Counted from the stretch's first letter, positions 41,514-51,042 are shown. The stretch is DNA of 61,376 nt from Promethearchaeota archaeon (GCA_030603385.1 JAUVXW010000028.1:1-61376); one strand, 5' to 3'. Translations and numbers: made by a program. Notes: a model not told the origin generated them from the sequence alone.

Positions 41514-42185
41514 TTATAGAAATCTGATTTTTTCCAGGTAATAGTCAAAATCTATTCCTTTATTGAGCGAATCATCATATTCCATTAATTTTTTGAGTTT
41601 TAAATGAGAATATTTTGTATGGTATAGAACTCTTAACAGAAATACCGGGAGTATTCCAATATAATAGCATTTAAGATAAAATAATTCTTTTTCATATCCA
41701 AGTAATCTACAGGATATAACTTCATGTAAATTTAAGGCTTCTCTAATCTCATTTTCAGTTAAATCCCTAACAAGTAATCCCATATTTTTATCCAATTCTT
41801 TTTTTGAAATGTTAGGGTTTCGAGAAGCAATATAACTTCTAAATTGTTTTCTATCCTCTTGATTCAAATATTTCATAACAGCAGCAATAACTTTTTCAAA
41901 ATATTTTTCTTCATTAAGTAAAAATGCTCTTATGTTTAAGGCCATATCAGGAGCTATATTAAAATCATTTTTATTCCTAACTCTACAAGAAATTGTAGTG
42001 GACCTACTATGCCAAAAATGTCTTTTTCTTTTATTGATAATATAATATTCTGAATCATCTTTGTCAACAATGTTGTTAACAACTTCCAGGATTCTTTTAC
42101 TCATTTTTCTCAACATTTGGAAATATTGTAAACCTATTATGGAATATAAATCAATGAAAATATATAAATAATTATTATTAATCAA
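41514..42185 (-). CDS. Hypothetical protein (start probably at an internal Met)
   Basis: 223-codon ORF with no recognised motif. Confidence 0.6.
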   Translation of the reverse strand: MINNNYLYIFIDLYSIIGLQYFQMLRKMSKRILEVVNNIVDKDDSEYYIINKRKRHFWHSRSTTISCRVRNKNDFNIAPDMALNIRAFLLNEEKYFEKVIAAVMKYLNQEDRKQFRSYIASRNPNISKKELDKNMGLLVRDLTENEIREALNLHEVISCRLLGYEKELFYLKCYYIGILPVFLLRVLYHTKYSHLKLKKLMEYDDSLNKGIDFDYYLEKIRFL

Positions 42186-42930
42186 TTAATTTAATCCATG
42201 TTTACAATATTTCAATGCGAAATCTTGAAGTTAAGATGCTTTCTCAAAATATTCCGCCGGAAAAAGTGAAATTTCACCATAGTGATTTATTGAATTATCC
42301 TATTAATGGGATATTTCAAAAAATGTTCGAAAATTAGAACTTTTCTAAATTTTGGAAAAGCGAAAGATCTTTAAAGTTAATGAATTAAAAATTGTTAAAA
42401 ATTTTTAACTCGAGAAATTGTGCAAGAATTTGCATTGTTTGAAAATTTGAAGAATTTTTCGAATTTAGAAATCTGAAAAATTTTTTACTTTCGAAAATAA
42501 TTCAGAGATTATTGAAAGCAAATTTGCGATAAATTAAGTTACCTTAAGATTGCATTATTGCACTTTTAAGGTTGAAAGTTAAATAATTGAACTTTTTGAA
42601 AAAGCTCATAGTTGACTTTTTGAAATTTATTAAATCTTTTTTTAATCAGTATAACCACATTCTCTTCTTATTTTCATAATTTCTTCTTTATTTCTTTCCT
42701 TAAACTCTATATAATATTCATTTTCATTTTTAGAGAAAAATAGACATTCTTCGAAAGCTAAACGTGTGAAAAAGCGACTGATTTTTTCTTTTAAAACTTC
42801 AAGACCAGGACTTATTAATCTTGCTTTCCAGAATTTTTCTTTATATTTTTTATTTATAATATTTATAAATTATTTTCGATTTTTAATACTTATGATATGA
42901 CATGATGAGTTTAGATGATTAAGTGAAAAA

Positions 42931-43368
42931 TTATTTCTTTCTTTCTTTGTCCCTCTTTATTGAATCTTCACATTCACTCAAGACCTTTAAAATATAAATT
43001 TTAATCGAATCAAATTCATTTTCATCAAGACGACGAATATAAGGTATTGCCTGTGAAAGATAATTATAAATATAGTTTTTATCATATGTAGGATAACCTC
43101 CTTTATTTAATTCTTTTCTTAAATCAGAGTATATATCTTCATATCCCTCAAGTTTATATTTCTTAACAAGCTCATCGAGTGATAATGACAAAACATCCTC
43201 CCTAATGTAAGAATATAGCATATCAATATGCTTAATTGATTTAAGTAGTAGTATACCACCACCAGCAAGAATTAAGATATTTTCTATATTGTCTTCCCTC
43301 TTACTTGGTCTCCATAATATAACATTACCATTTGGTAATAAATATTTATTAACTATCATTCCTATCAA
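42931..43368 (-). CDS. Hypothetical protein
   Basis: 145-codon ORF with protein-like composition. Confidence 0.6.
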   Translation of the reverse strand: MIGMIVNKYLLPNGNVILWRPSKREDNIENILILAGGGILLLKSIKHIDMLYSYIREDVLSLSLDELVKKYKLEGYEDIYSDLRKELNKGGYPTYDKNYIYNYLSQAIPYIRRLDENEFDSIKIYILKVLSECEDSIKRDKERKK

Positions 43369-43399
43369 TTTGTTTATATCTTAAAAAAAAATTAAAATT

Positions 43400-43693
43400 T
43401 TAAATTGTTCTTTTTCCATTCTCGTCTAATTTCTTTACTTTTTCACATATCGTACCTTGTTTCACTTGGTATCTAATATATTCACCACTATATCTATCTA
43501 ATTCGCAATTTAACACTTCTGTTATATTACTATAATAAATATTTTTCGAGTATCCCAAAGCAATTAAATCTGTAATTATTGGCATTTCAACAAGATCTTT
43601 TGGTTGTTTTCCTTCTACCCAATGACCTTTTTTCTTATCTATATATGTATTACGTATTTCATCAAGATCCAGAGGTTTATTTTCTCCAAACTT
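43400..43693 (-). CDS. Hypothetical protein, possibly 5'-frameshifted
   Basis: Frame is open 36 codons above the ATG at 43585 (KFGENKPLDLDE...); the TTG behind the GGAAGTGA RBS-like motif is one base out of frame. Confidence 0.4.
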   Translation of the reverse strand, partial: KFGENKPLDLDEIRNTYIDKKKGHWVEGKQPKDLVEMPIITDLIALGYSKNIYYSNITEVLNCELDRYSGEYIRYQVKQGTICEKVKKLDENGKRTI

Positions 43694-43773
43694 TCAATTT
43701 TTATTCACTTCCTTTTATTTTTTACTCTCTTTCCTGAATATTTTTTTCATGGTCATGGAGCCAGGAGAAAATT

Positions 43774-44673
43774 TTAATGATCTAAATATTTTTTATTTTC
43801 TTCTATATAATATTTAAAAAACCATTGAATAAATGGGAATGCATAATCTTTTTTATCAGCTTTTTCTAAAGCTCTATAATATTGATCCCTAAATTTTGCA
43901 TCTATATCAATCAAAGGATAATTATTCTTATTTAAAATATAGGTTATTAAAAAACGTGCCACACGCCCATTCCCATCTCCAAATGGATGTATAGCAACAA
44001 ACCGATAATGCATTACAGAAGCAACAAATACAGGATGTAAAATATCCTTTTTATCATTATACCATTCAAATAGATCTTTTAAAAGCATTTCAATTTCAAT
44101 TTTAGACATAGGAGGTTCATAATTACTTCCTTCTATAAAAACAGGATAATTCCTAATAACTCCAGCGATATTATGATCAGTTATTTCAAATAATTCTCTA
44201 TGCCATTTACATACTAAATCCATTGATAATTCTTCAATAGTAGTAACTATTTTTTCATAAATGTTCATATGAGCTTTTGTTTCAATAACATCATTAAGCG
44301 GTTTATTATTTGGTGTAATGTTATTATTTATCACTTTTTCTGTTTCACGTAAAGTTAACGTTGATCCTTCAATTTTACTTGAATGATGAGTAAATCGAAT
44401 ACCAAAACTTCTTAGGTTTTTCGCTTTGATTGATGAAGGCATTGAATTAAAAGAATCTTGATATTTTTTAGTTATCTTTTCTATAATTGGAATCCATCTG
44501 TCTTTAACTACCTCATAAGAAAAATCTTCCCATAATTGAACTAAATCATCATAAGGAGGTATCTCTACCCCAACATACTTCTCTTTTTTAAAAAATTTCT
44601 TATCCTTTCGATAAGAATAGGATAAATAATTATATTCTCTTCCATTAACTTTATGTTTTATTATTGTTGCCAT
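43774..44673 (-). CDS. Fic family protein (AMPylase) with internal inhibitory helix
   Basis: HPFGDGNGRVAR catalytic motif; SSKIEG matches (S/T)xxxE(G/N); basic beta-rich N-terminal extension. Confidence 0.92.
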   Translation of the reverse strand: MATIIKHKVNGREYNYLSYSYRKDKKFFKKEKYVGVEIPPYDDLVQLWEDFSYEVVKDRWIPIIEKITKKYQDSFNSMPSSIKAKNLRSFGIRFTHHSSKIEGSTLTLRETEKVINNNITPNNKPLNDVIETKAHMNIYEKIVTTIEELSMDLVCKWHRELFEITDHNIAGVIRNYPVFIEGSNYEPPMSKIEIEMLLKDLFEWYNDKKDILHPVFVASVMHYRFVAIHPFGDGNGRVARFLITYILNKNNYPLIDIDAKFRDQYYRALEKADKKDYAFPFIQWFFKYYIEENKKYLDH

Positions 44674-44763
44674 ATGATCTTATTATCACCACAAATATAT
44701 ATAATTTTTGCTTTTTATATAAAATGTGGAGATAATTTTTTCTATTTTTTCTTAGTAAATATA

Positions 44764-44913
44764 CTAAGATTTCTTTTCTTTCACAACAAAATAAATAAAA
44801 CCCTTAATGTCTTTAGTACCAATTACTTCAAAACCAATTTTATCAAGTTTTTCTTTTGCTGCTAAAAATTCTTTAGCAAATTTCATTTCAGAATCCATTT
44901 CTAAAGACATCAT
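44764..44913 (-). CDS. Small hypothetical protein (49 aa, not in the ORF track)
   Basis: Manual translation MMSLEMDSEMKFAKEFLAAKEKLDKIGFEVIGTKDIKGFIYFVVKEKKS*; TATA-like tttaaata upstream on the minus strand. Confidence 0.5.
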   Translation of the reverse strand: MMSLEMDSEMKFAKEFLAAKEKLDKIGFEVIGTKDIKGFIYFVVKEKKS

Positions 44914-45152
44914 TATTTAAAATAAATTCTAATCAACTATTTAAATGTATTGGTAAAAATGCCCAAAAACTAGTGAAAAAAGCTATATTTTAATCAATTT
45001 TTTAAGGATTAGGATAATAATCATTATCTAAATTATCATCATCAAATTATAATTTAGTAATTAATAATTTATTATACTCTTTGACAATATAAAGCTTGTA
45101 TTAATAATTTAGTTTAAAAAGAAAAAAGATATCATTAATATTGGTGACTAAA

Positions 45153-45686
45153 ATGGCAAAAAAACCGAGTCAAGAACCAAGATTAAAACCAGTATTAAAA
45201 AGATACATATCGAGAATTGGAGAACTAGGAAAAGAAATAAAAGTTCCTAAGGTCGAGTACGGATATATATTTCATTATCCTAAAGGAACTATTACTCAAA
45301 AAAGACAAAAAAAGTTTTTAGGAAGAAGTTTTCAAGCATTTAAGCCAAAAAGCGAGAATACAATCGTTATCAACCATAAAACAGAAATTTCTCCTGAACA
45401 TGCTAAATCGTTGGCAAGTAATCCAAAATTGAAAGCAGAGGTTTATTCTGATATAATAAAAGTATTTTTAATAAAAAATGTAGAATATGTAGTAAAACGG
45501 CAAGAAAATGCTTTTTTTCTCTCAGTACAGATCTTTCTTGAAAATGAAGGTAAAATTTCTATGAACCAATTTTATAAAGCAGTTCGTAATTTATTTTCAG
45601 CAGATCTTTATTCAGTTATAATTATCCAAGAAAAATGTTCAGGAAAAGTAAAAGGGAAAGATGTTGATTCTCCATATCACATTTAA
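45153..45686 (+). CDS. Hypothetical protein, possibly DUF2299-like
   Basis: ATG 5 nt after GGTGA; alpha/beta pattern ending ISMNQFYKAVRNLF recalls DUF2299/YbjN-like folds (by eye). Confidence 0.55.
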   Translation: MAKKPSQEPRLKPVLKRYISRIGELGKEIKVPKVEYGYIFHYPKGTITQKRQKKFLGRSFQAFKPKSENTIVINHKTEISPEHAKSLASNPKLKAEVYSDIIKVFLIKNVEYVVKRQENAFFLSVQIFLENEGKISMNQFYKAVRNLFSADLYSVIIIQEKCSGKVKGKDVDSPYHI

Positions 45687-45714
45687 TAAGAATCTCTTCT
45701 TTTCTTTATCCAAT

Positions 45715-46308
45715 TCACTCACTTCCTTTTATTTTTTTAAATAATATTTTTTTATCTATTCTTCTCATTCTATCAAATAGGTCTTTCTTACTAATTTTAA
45801 GATATTTCATCGTAGTTTCAAGATCTTTATGTCTTAGAATTCCAGATACATCTTCCAATGCCATTCCATTGTTTAATAGGTGTGTTGCTCGTGATCTCCG
45901 GAAACTATGGGTAGTTATAGGTTTTTTAATTTCTGTTAGTTCTACACATTTTTTCACAATTTTATAGGCCATAGGATAACTAAGTTGAGAAGATCGATTG
46001 GATTGAAATACAAAATCTTGAGATTTAATCTTTTTATCCTTACAAAAGCGTTCAATTTCTCCATAAATATGTGGTGGTACTGGTTGAGTTTCCCAATTCC
46101 TCTTGTCTGTTTTTTGATCTCTCAGTAATAAATAAGTGTAATCATCTTCATTTCTATAATCTTCATATTTGCTATTTAAAGCTTCTGAAACTCGTAAAGC
46201 ACCATAATAACAGATTCTCATTAATAAAAGATCCCTAGAGGAGATTCCAGGAGTTTGCCATAATATTTCGATTTCTTTCTCTGAAAGCCATTCTTTTGAA
46301 TATTTCAT
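45715..46308 (-). CDS. Tyrosine recombinase/integrase, catalytic domain only (197 aa)
   Basis: ALRVSE (R), QKTDK (K), HSFRRS (HxxR), LRHKD (H), TTMKY (Y). Confidence 0.93.
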   Translation of the reverse strand: MKYSKEWLSEKEIEILWQTPGISSRDLLLMRICYYGALRVSEALNSKYEDYRNEDDYTYLLLRDQKTDKRNWETQPVPPHIYGEIERFCKDKKIKSQDFVFQSNRSSQLSYPMAYKIVKKCVELTEIKKPITTHSFRRSRATHLLNNGMALEDVSGILRHKDLETTMKYLKISKKDLFDRMRRIDKKILFKKIKGSE

Positions 46309-46496
46309 TTTTCTTTTGTTTTAATTAATTTTTTTCCATGTGTGAATTCTGAAATTGTATTTATCATATTTATTAAATAGTAGTTAATATCTGTTCTGAC
46401 CCCATTAATAGCTCCTAGTAAATCTTTAGGATCCAAGTTTTCTTCAATTGAAATATCTAAACCTTCAAAATTACCTTTTACTTCTATTTTAGTCAT
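46305..46496 (-). CDS. Small hypothetical protein translationally coupled to the recombinase
   Basis: ATGA overlap with the recombinase start. Confidence 0.55.
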   Translation of the reverse strand: MTKIEVKGNFEGLDISIEENLDPKDLLGAINGVRTDINYYLINMINTISEFTHGKKLIKTKEK

Positions 46497-46973
46497 TTTT
46501 TACACTTTTATTTATTTTTATAAATTAAAGATTTTATAGGAAAATCTCTACTTATGGATTGGATGATTATTTTTATTTATAAAGACACTTATCTTTTGAT
46601 TAACAAAAGTAAAGATTTTACCGTATTTTCTTTACTTAAAAAACAGAATAATTCATTTATAAAATATGATCATTATGCATATTTTCACATTAATAAAAAA
46701 AAAATAGAGAAAGAATCCTGGCTAATATTTTATTCATGGAGGAATAAAAGAGGTTCATTCTCTAAGGTTATTATTATTTTTCTAATATTTATTTATGCAT
46801 GAAAGGAATATTTTTTGGATAATAAATATAATAAATGTATTTTTACAGAAATAATTAGTTTTAAATAACCCAAAAAAGGCAAATTTCAAACAATTTTTTT
46901 AAAGTTGATATTTTCATTGTTAACACATCAAAAATGATCTTATTGTGTTATTTGCATTGTTTTTATGTAGTTA

Positions 46974-47086
46974 TTCTCAATTTTATTAAAACGCTTATTT
47001 TTTCCACAAAAACCTTTTAATATGTGCAATTCTTTCTCAACTTTATCAAAACGCTTATTTTTTCCACAAAAACCTTTTAATATGTG
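46974..47086 (+). repeat. Two 53-bp direct repeats at 60-bp period (2 mismatches) in the divergent control region
   Basis: ttctcaaYtttatYaaaacgcttattttttccacaaaaaccttttaatatgtg at 46974-47026 and 47034-47086. Confidence 0.9.
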
Positions 47087-47273
47087 TTAAATTCAATAAT
47101 TTTGGAAAAGAAAAAGAAAGAGTGATAAATCTTATCAATAATAACATTTATAAATAAATCTGATCTAATTTTAAGCAATAAATGTTTTTATGCAAAAAAT
47201 TGCACAAAAATCTTTAAAATTTAACAAAAATAAAAATTTTTAATTAAAAATTAAATAAAAAAGGTATGAAAAT

Positions 47274-48383
47274 ATGGCAGAAAAGCAAGGCCGTGTTTCA
47301 AGTAAGAGAAGCCTGGGGGAAAAATACAGCGATCTCGATAAAAAATTCAAGGTTCTCACCGTTTTCGGTATTATTTTCTGTATTGCTGGTTTACCATTGA
47401 TAATCTGGGGAGGTATTTGGGCATATAACACTTATGCTATTGGAGGCGAAACACCAGAAGAAACACCAACTACAAAACTATATTCTACTTTTGCATTAAT
47501 TTCGAATGTTGATGGGGAAATTGTTTCTCCTTTTGTTGAGATGGATATTTGGGGGCAAAAAGATAGCGCAGATTTTAGTCTGGGCATGGAAGATATTACT
47601 GATCTAACAAACTTTGAAAGAATAGAAACAAATACAGATGCTGATGATATAGAAATTGATTTAAGAGATGGCGACTATTATTGGGCAGAGATTACAGGAA
47701 ATAGTTTATATCAAAACACATTCTATTTACTCTATGGGGGTGCGAATCATGATTATATCAGATATGGTCATGATCCAAGTTCCGCTGTTCCTTTTAATAT
47801 ATTCGTTAAAAATACTGGTGCTGCAATAACCATTCCTGGTCATCAGACCAACGGAAATTTTACTGGTGTATTGGATGTTCCAATCAATAGTAGAACTCCT
47901 GCGAATTGTCATTATGGCGATAATTGGGCACTTAGCACAACTGAATTTGCTGCATTGACACAAAGGCAACAAGAAGTCTATTGGGATGAAGGAAATTGGT
48001 GTGATCAATTTCCAACTTATGATCCTACACTTGATATCGTAAATGAATATGATCGTGCTTGGGAAAAAATTACAAATGCACCTGCATTAAAATTTGTAAT
48101 GAATGATACAATCAGCGTGGTTGATGGTGAAGCGACTCAAATCAATTGTACAATTGGTCGGGGGTATTCTATTGATTTTTTGATTTCGGGTGTTAATCTC
48201 TATATGGCATGGTATGAAGGAATTGATTTCGATCCTTTTCCTTATACATTTGACTTCGAGATGTGGTTCGGTGTTAATATTAGTATAACAACCGTTTATA
48301 GCGGTAGAGCAAATGTTTTCGGAGCATTCTCATCTTTAGCTTGGGACACGACATATAATGAAATCGGCTTAGTTGCTGCATAA
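47274..48383 (+). CDS. Type II membrane protein (basic N-tail, one TM, acidic beta-rich ectodomain); putative virion/envelope protein
   Basis: TM VLTVFGIIFCIAGLPLIIWGGIWAY; sequons NFT, NDT, NCT, NIS; first gene of the module. Confidence 0.65.
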   Translation: MAEKQGRVSSKRSLGEKYSDLDKKFKVLTVFGIIFCIAGLPLIIWGGIWAYNTYAIGGETPEETPTTKLYSTFALISNVDGEIVSPFVEMDIWGQKDSADFSLGMEDITDLTNFERIETNTDADDIEIDLRDGDYYWAEITGNSLYQNTFYLLYGGANHDYIRYGHDPSSAVPFNIFVKNTGAAITIPGHQTNGNFTGVLDVPINSRTPANCHYGDNWALSTTEFAALTQRQQEVYWDEGNWCDQFPTYDPTLDIVNEYDRAWEKITNAPALKFVMNDTISVVDGEATQINCTIGRGYSIDFLISGVNLYMAWYEGIDFDPFPYTFDFEMWFGVNISITTVYSGRANVFGAFSSLAWDTTYNEIGLVAA

Positions 48384-48406
48384 TTTGCCTTATTAAAGGT
48401 GATATT

Positions 48407-49834
48407 ATGAAAATATCAAATAAATTTTTTTTTCTTTTTTTTCTTTCTATATTTATTCTAATACCAATTAGTTTATTTTCTCCATTTGTAAGTGCTGGAG
48501 AAGTTGCTGATCCGATGATTTCTACGGATATTCTATCTGTTGATTTGGGTACATTTCAAGACAATACACTTGGAGATGGAAGTGGAAAATTTGACTATAT
48601 TACTGGCGGATTTGATCTTATTTCTTTTGAGAATTTGGGTCAGTATGGACAACCAAACCCTGAAACGAATGAAGTTATATATAGGGCCAAAGTGAAATGG
48701 GGATTTGAAGTAAATGCGTGGACATCAACTTTATTTAGGAATATATATCCATTTATAAATATTGAAAATATAGAAGAAGTTGCTTTTTTATCGATACAGT
48801 ATTGGAAACATATTCCTTGTATTTGGCCTAGATTAATTGAAGGTCAAACAAGTACTCCTCAATATAAAATAAAATTCTATGATATAGATTATGGGACAAG
48901 TAAGACAGAATATGTTTATAATTATGCGGTTGAGGAAGTAGATGTACCTGGAAGTTATTTACAACATAATTATCATGGTTATATTCCAGTTACTGTTGGG
49001 ATTGATCCGGGATTAGCATATTCTGGTGAAATTAAGGTTGCTGGGCAAACATTTACAGTTCCCACATTAACATCTGATATTCTTTATACTAAAATAGCGG
49101 ATATGAGAGGAGGGGAATGTGGAAGTTATGAGGATAGATATACGGATCAAGGAATAGATAGTGCATCTGTGACTGTTGATGTGCCAGAAGGAACCTGGAG
49201 TTCTACGACAACAAAACTTACTGATTGGTTTAATGATGAAGATGTTGGATCAATAACAAAAAAATCAAATGATACATTAACGGTACAACAATCTGTATAT
49301 GATTTATCATATAAAGGAGATACAAAACATGCTTCTGGAACCAGTAATGAATTTATGTTTAATTTACCAATTCATATACAACCAGAAGTGACGAAGTTAC
49401 GAAATTATTTCAATTTAAAACGCGGTGGATTTCATTGGTATACATGTTGCGGAAAATATAGGAAAAGTCCTTGGACTGTAGATGAAAGGATAACAAGAGA
49501 TGTATCTGTTAGTGTTCAAAATGTCTTCGTACATTACGATTTTGAAATGGAAACAGAGTTATTTATGACTTGCCAATTTGAAGGGGAGATTAGTGAATCA
49601 TTTCTTGAAGATCCAAACTTAATAATTTCAGATATGATCTGGGATGCATCAATTTGGGGAGATGAAACCGTACATATTAAACTCCCAAAAACAACCAAAT
49701 GGTGGGAGGAAATTATAATCTGGATACTTATTATTGCTGTTGTCGGAATTAGTTTTTATATTATATTAAAATATATAAAAAGTAAAAGCAGAAGACCACA
49801 TTATATCGTAATCAATAAACAGGGGGCAAAATGA
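48407..49834 (+). CDS. Type I membrane protein (signal peptide, beta-rich ectodomain, C-terminal TM, basic tail); candidate spike
   Basis: Signal ending ...PFVSA; TM IIIWILIIAVVGISFYIIL; tail KYIKSKSRRP; GGTGA RBS. Confidence 0.7.
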   Translation: MKISNKFFFLFFLSIFILIPISLFSPFVSAGEVADPMISTDILSVDLGTFQDNTLGDGSGKFDYITGGFDLISFENLGQYGQPNPETNEVIYRAKVKWGFEVNAWTSTLFRNIYPFINIENIEEVAFLSIQYWKHIPCIWPRLIEGQTSTPQYKIKFYDIDYGTSKTEYVYNYAVEEVDVPGSYLQHNYHGYIPVTVGIDPGLAYSGEIKVAGQTFTVPTLTSDILYTKIADMRGGECGSYEDRYTDQGIDSASVTVDVPEGTWSSTTTKLTDWFNDEDVGSITKKSNDTLTVQQSVYDLSYKGDTKHASGTSNEFMFNLPIHIQPEVTKLRNYFNLKRGGFHWYTCCGKYRKSPWTVDERITRDVSVSVQNVFVHYDFEMETELFMTCQFEGEISESFLEDPNLIISDMIWDASIWGDETVHIKLPKTTKWWEEIIIWILIIAVVGISFYIILKYIKSKSRRPHYIVINKQGAK

Positions 49835-51042
49835 TGAGAAAGGGGATAATAATCATTGTTTTACTTTTGATTTCCGCATGTATAATTCCTTTTATCATTT
49901 TTAGTTTACAATTTTTTGCGCTTGACCCGGGTAATGGTGGGGGAATTCTTCCTGATTATATACCAGATCCAGAGTATGATATAGGAATTCCTGTGCTTGA
50001 TGAAATTACTCCTGAAGTTGATTATGATGGAAGTATCAGATTATATTGGGATATAGTATCACCATATACAATATCACATTATCGTGTTAAGAGAATATTA
50101 GGTTCTGGTGTATGGGGGTTTATTGCTCATAATGTAGAAAATAAATATTATATTGATCTTAATCCACAAGAAGGAGTATATCAATATAAGGTTCAAGCAG
50201 TTGCTATAATTGATGGATCAAGTTATTATTCTGAGTATTCAAATGTTCAATCAGTTCAGGTGGTATCTCAAACTACTAATATTCCTGTACTTAAAGCAAT
50301 TGACGGTCCTTGTACTGATGGAACTGTTGAATTAGATTGGAATGCAGTTGAAGGTTATCTTGGTGGAACTATTATGGGATATCATATTTATAGATATTCC
50401 GCTTCAGAAGGATGGAAAGAAATTGATGGTGTTTCTTTTGGAATAACTGAATATACTGATGATATTGAAGTAAATGGAGAGTATCAATATTACATTAAAT
50501 CTATAACTCTTATCCATTTAGATATAGTAGAAAGTGACCCTTCAAATATTCAAACTGTAGTTGTTGATATACATGTAGAACCACCACCACCACCACCACC
50601 AGAACTTCTTCCTTCAAATCCATCAATAATAATAAATTCTGGAGTTGAAACAACCGATTCATTTGAAGTCACACTTTCACTTTATTGTGATCGTGCTGAT
50701 GAGATGCAAATTCAGATATCTATTGGAGTCTGGACTGACTGGGTTGATTATACAACGACATATATTATAACATTACTTGGAGTTGCAGATCCTGATTATC
50801 CTGATTTTAGAGTTAGTGTTATATTTAGAAATGATAATGGAACAACTGAAGATGCGGGGTATGGTGATATTTATGATGATATAACATATGAGGAACCAAC
50901 ACAGGAAGAAGAGGAAGAAGAGGAAGAACCATCTCCAGAAGAAGATTACACATTAATATATGTTTTACTTGGAGTTCTTGTAGGATTAATTGGAATAGGT
51001 GTTTTTCTAAAATATAGAAAGCAAATAATAAAATCTAAATAA
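49831..51042 (+). CDS. Membrane protein with two fibronectin type III-like domains, poly-Pro hinge, Ig-like domain, acidic linker and C-terminal TM
   Basis: GSIRLYW...YQYKVQAV...SEYSN and GTVELDW...YHIYR...YQYYIKS...SDPSN; (cca)7 at 50581-50601; poly-Glu. Confidence 0.8.
   Translation: MMRKGIIIIVLLLISACIIPFIIFSLQFFALDPGNGGGILPDYIPDPEYDIGIPVLDEITPEVDYDGSIRLYWDIVSPYTISHYRVKRILGSGVWGFIAHNVENKYYIDLNPQEGVYQYKVQAVAIIDGSSYYSEYSNVQSVQVVSQTTNIPVLKAIDGPCTDGTVELDWNAVEGYLGGTIMGYHIYRYSASEGWKEIDGVSFGITEYTDDIEVNGEYQYYIKSITLIHLDIVESDPSNIQTVVVDIHVEPPPPPPPELLPSNPSIIINSGVETTDSFEVTLSLYCDRADEMQIQISIGVWTDWVDYTTTYIITLLGVADPDYPDFRVSVIFRNDNGTTEDAGYGDIYDDITYEEPTQEEEEEEEEPSPEEDYTLIYVLLGVLVGLIGIGVFLKYRKQIIKSK

Noticed and set aside
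46554-46802. 82-aa ORF in the control region
   Set aside because: Composition (I/F/K/Y/N) is what random AT-rich DNA gives; no motif
46974-47086. CRISPR mini-array, or DnaA boxes (TTTTCCACA) within the repeat
   Set aside because: Only two copies with a 7-nt gap, no spacers and no cas genes; a DnaA box is not expected to function in an archaeal context
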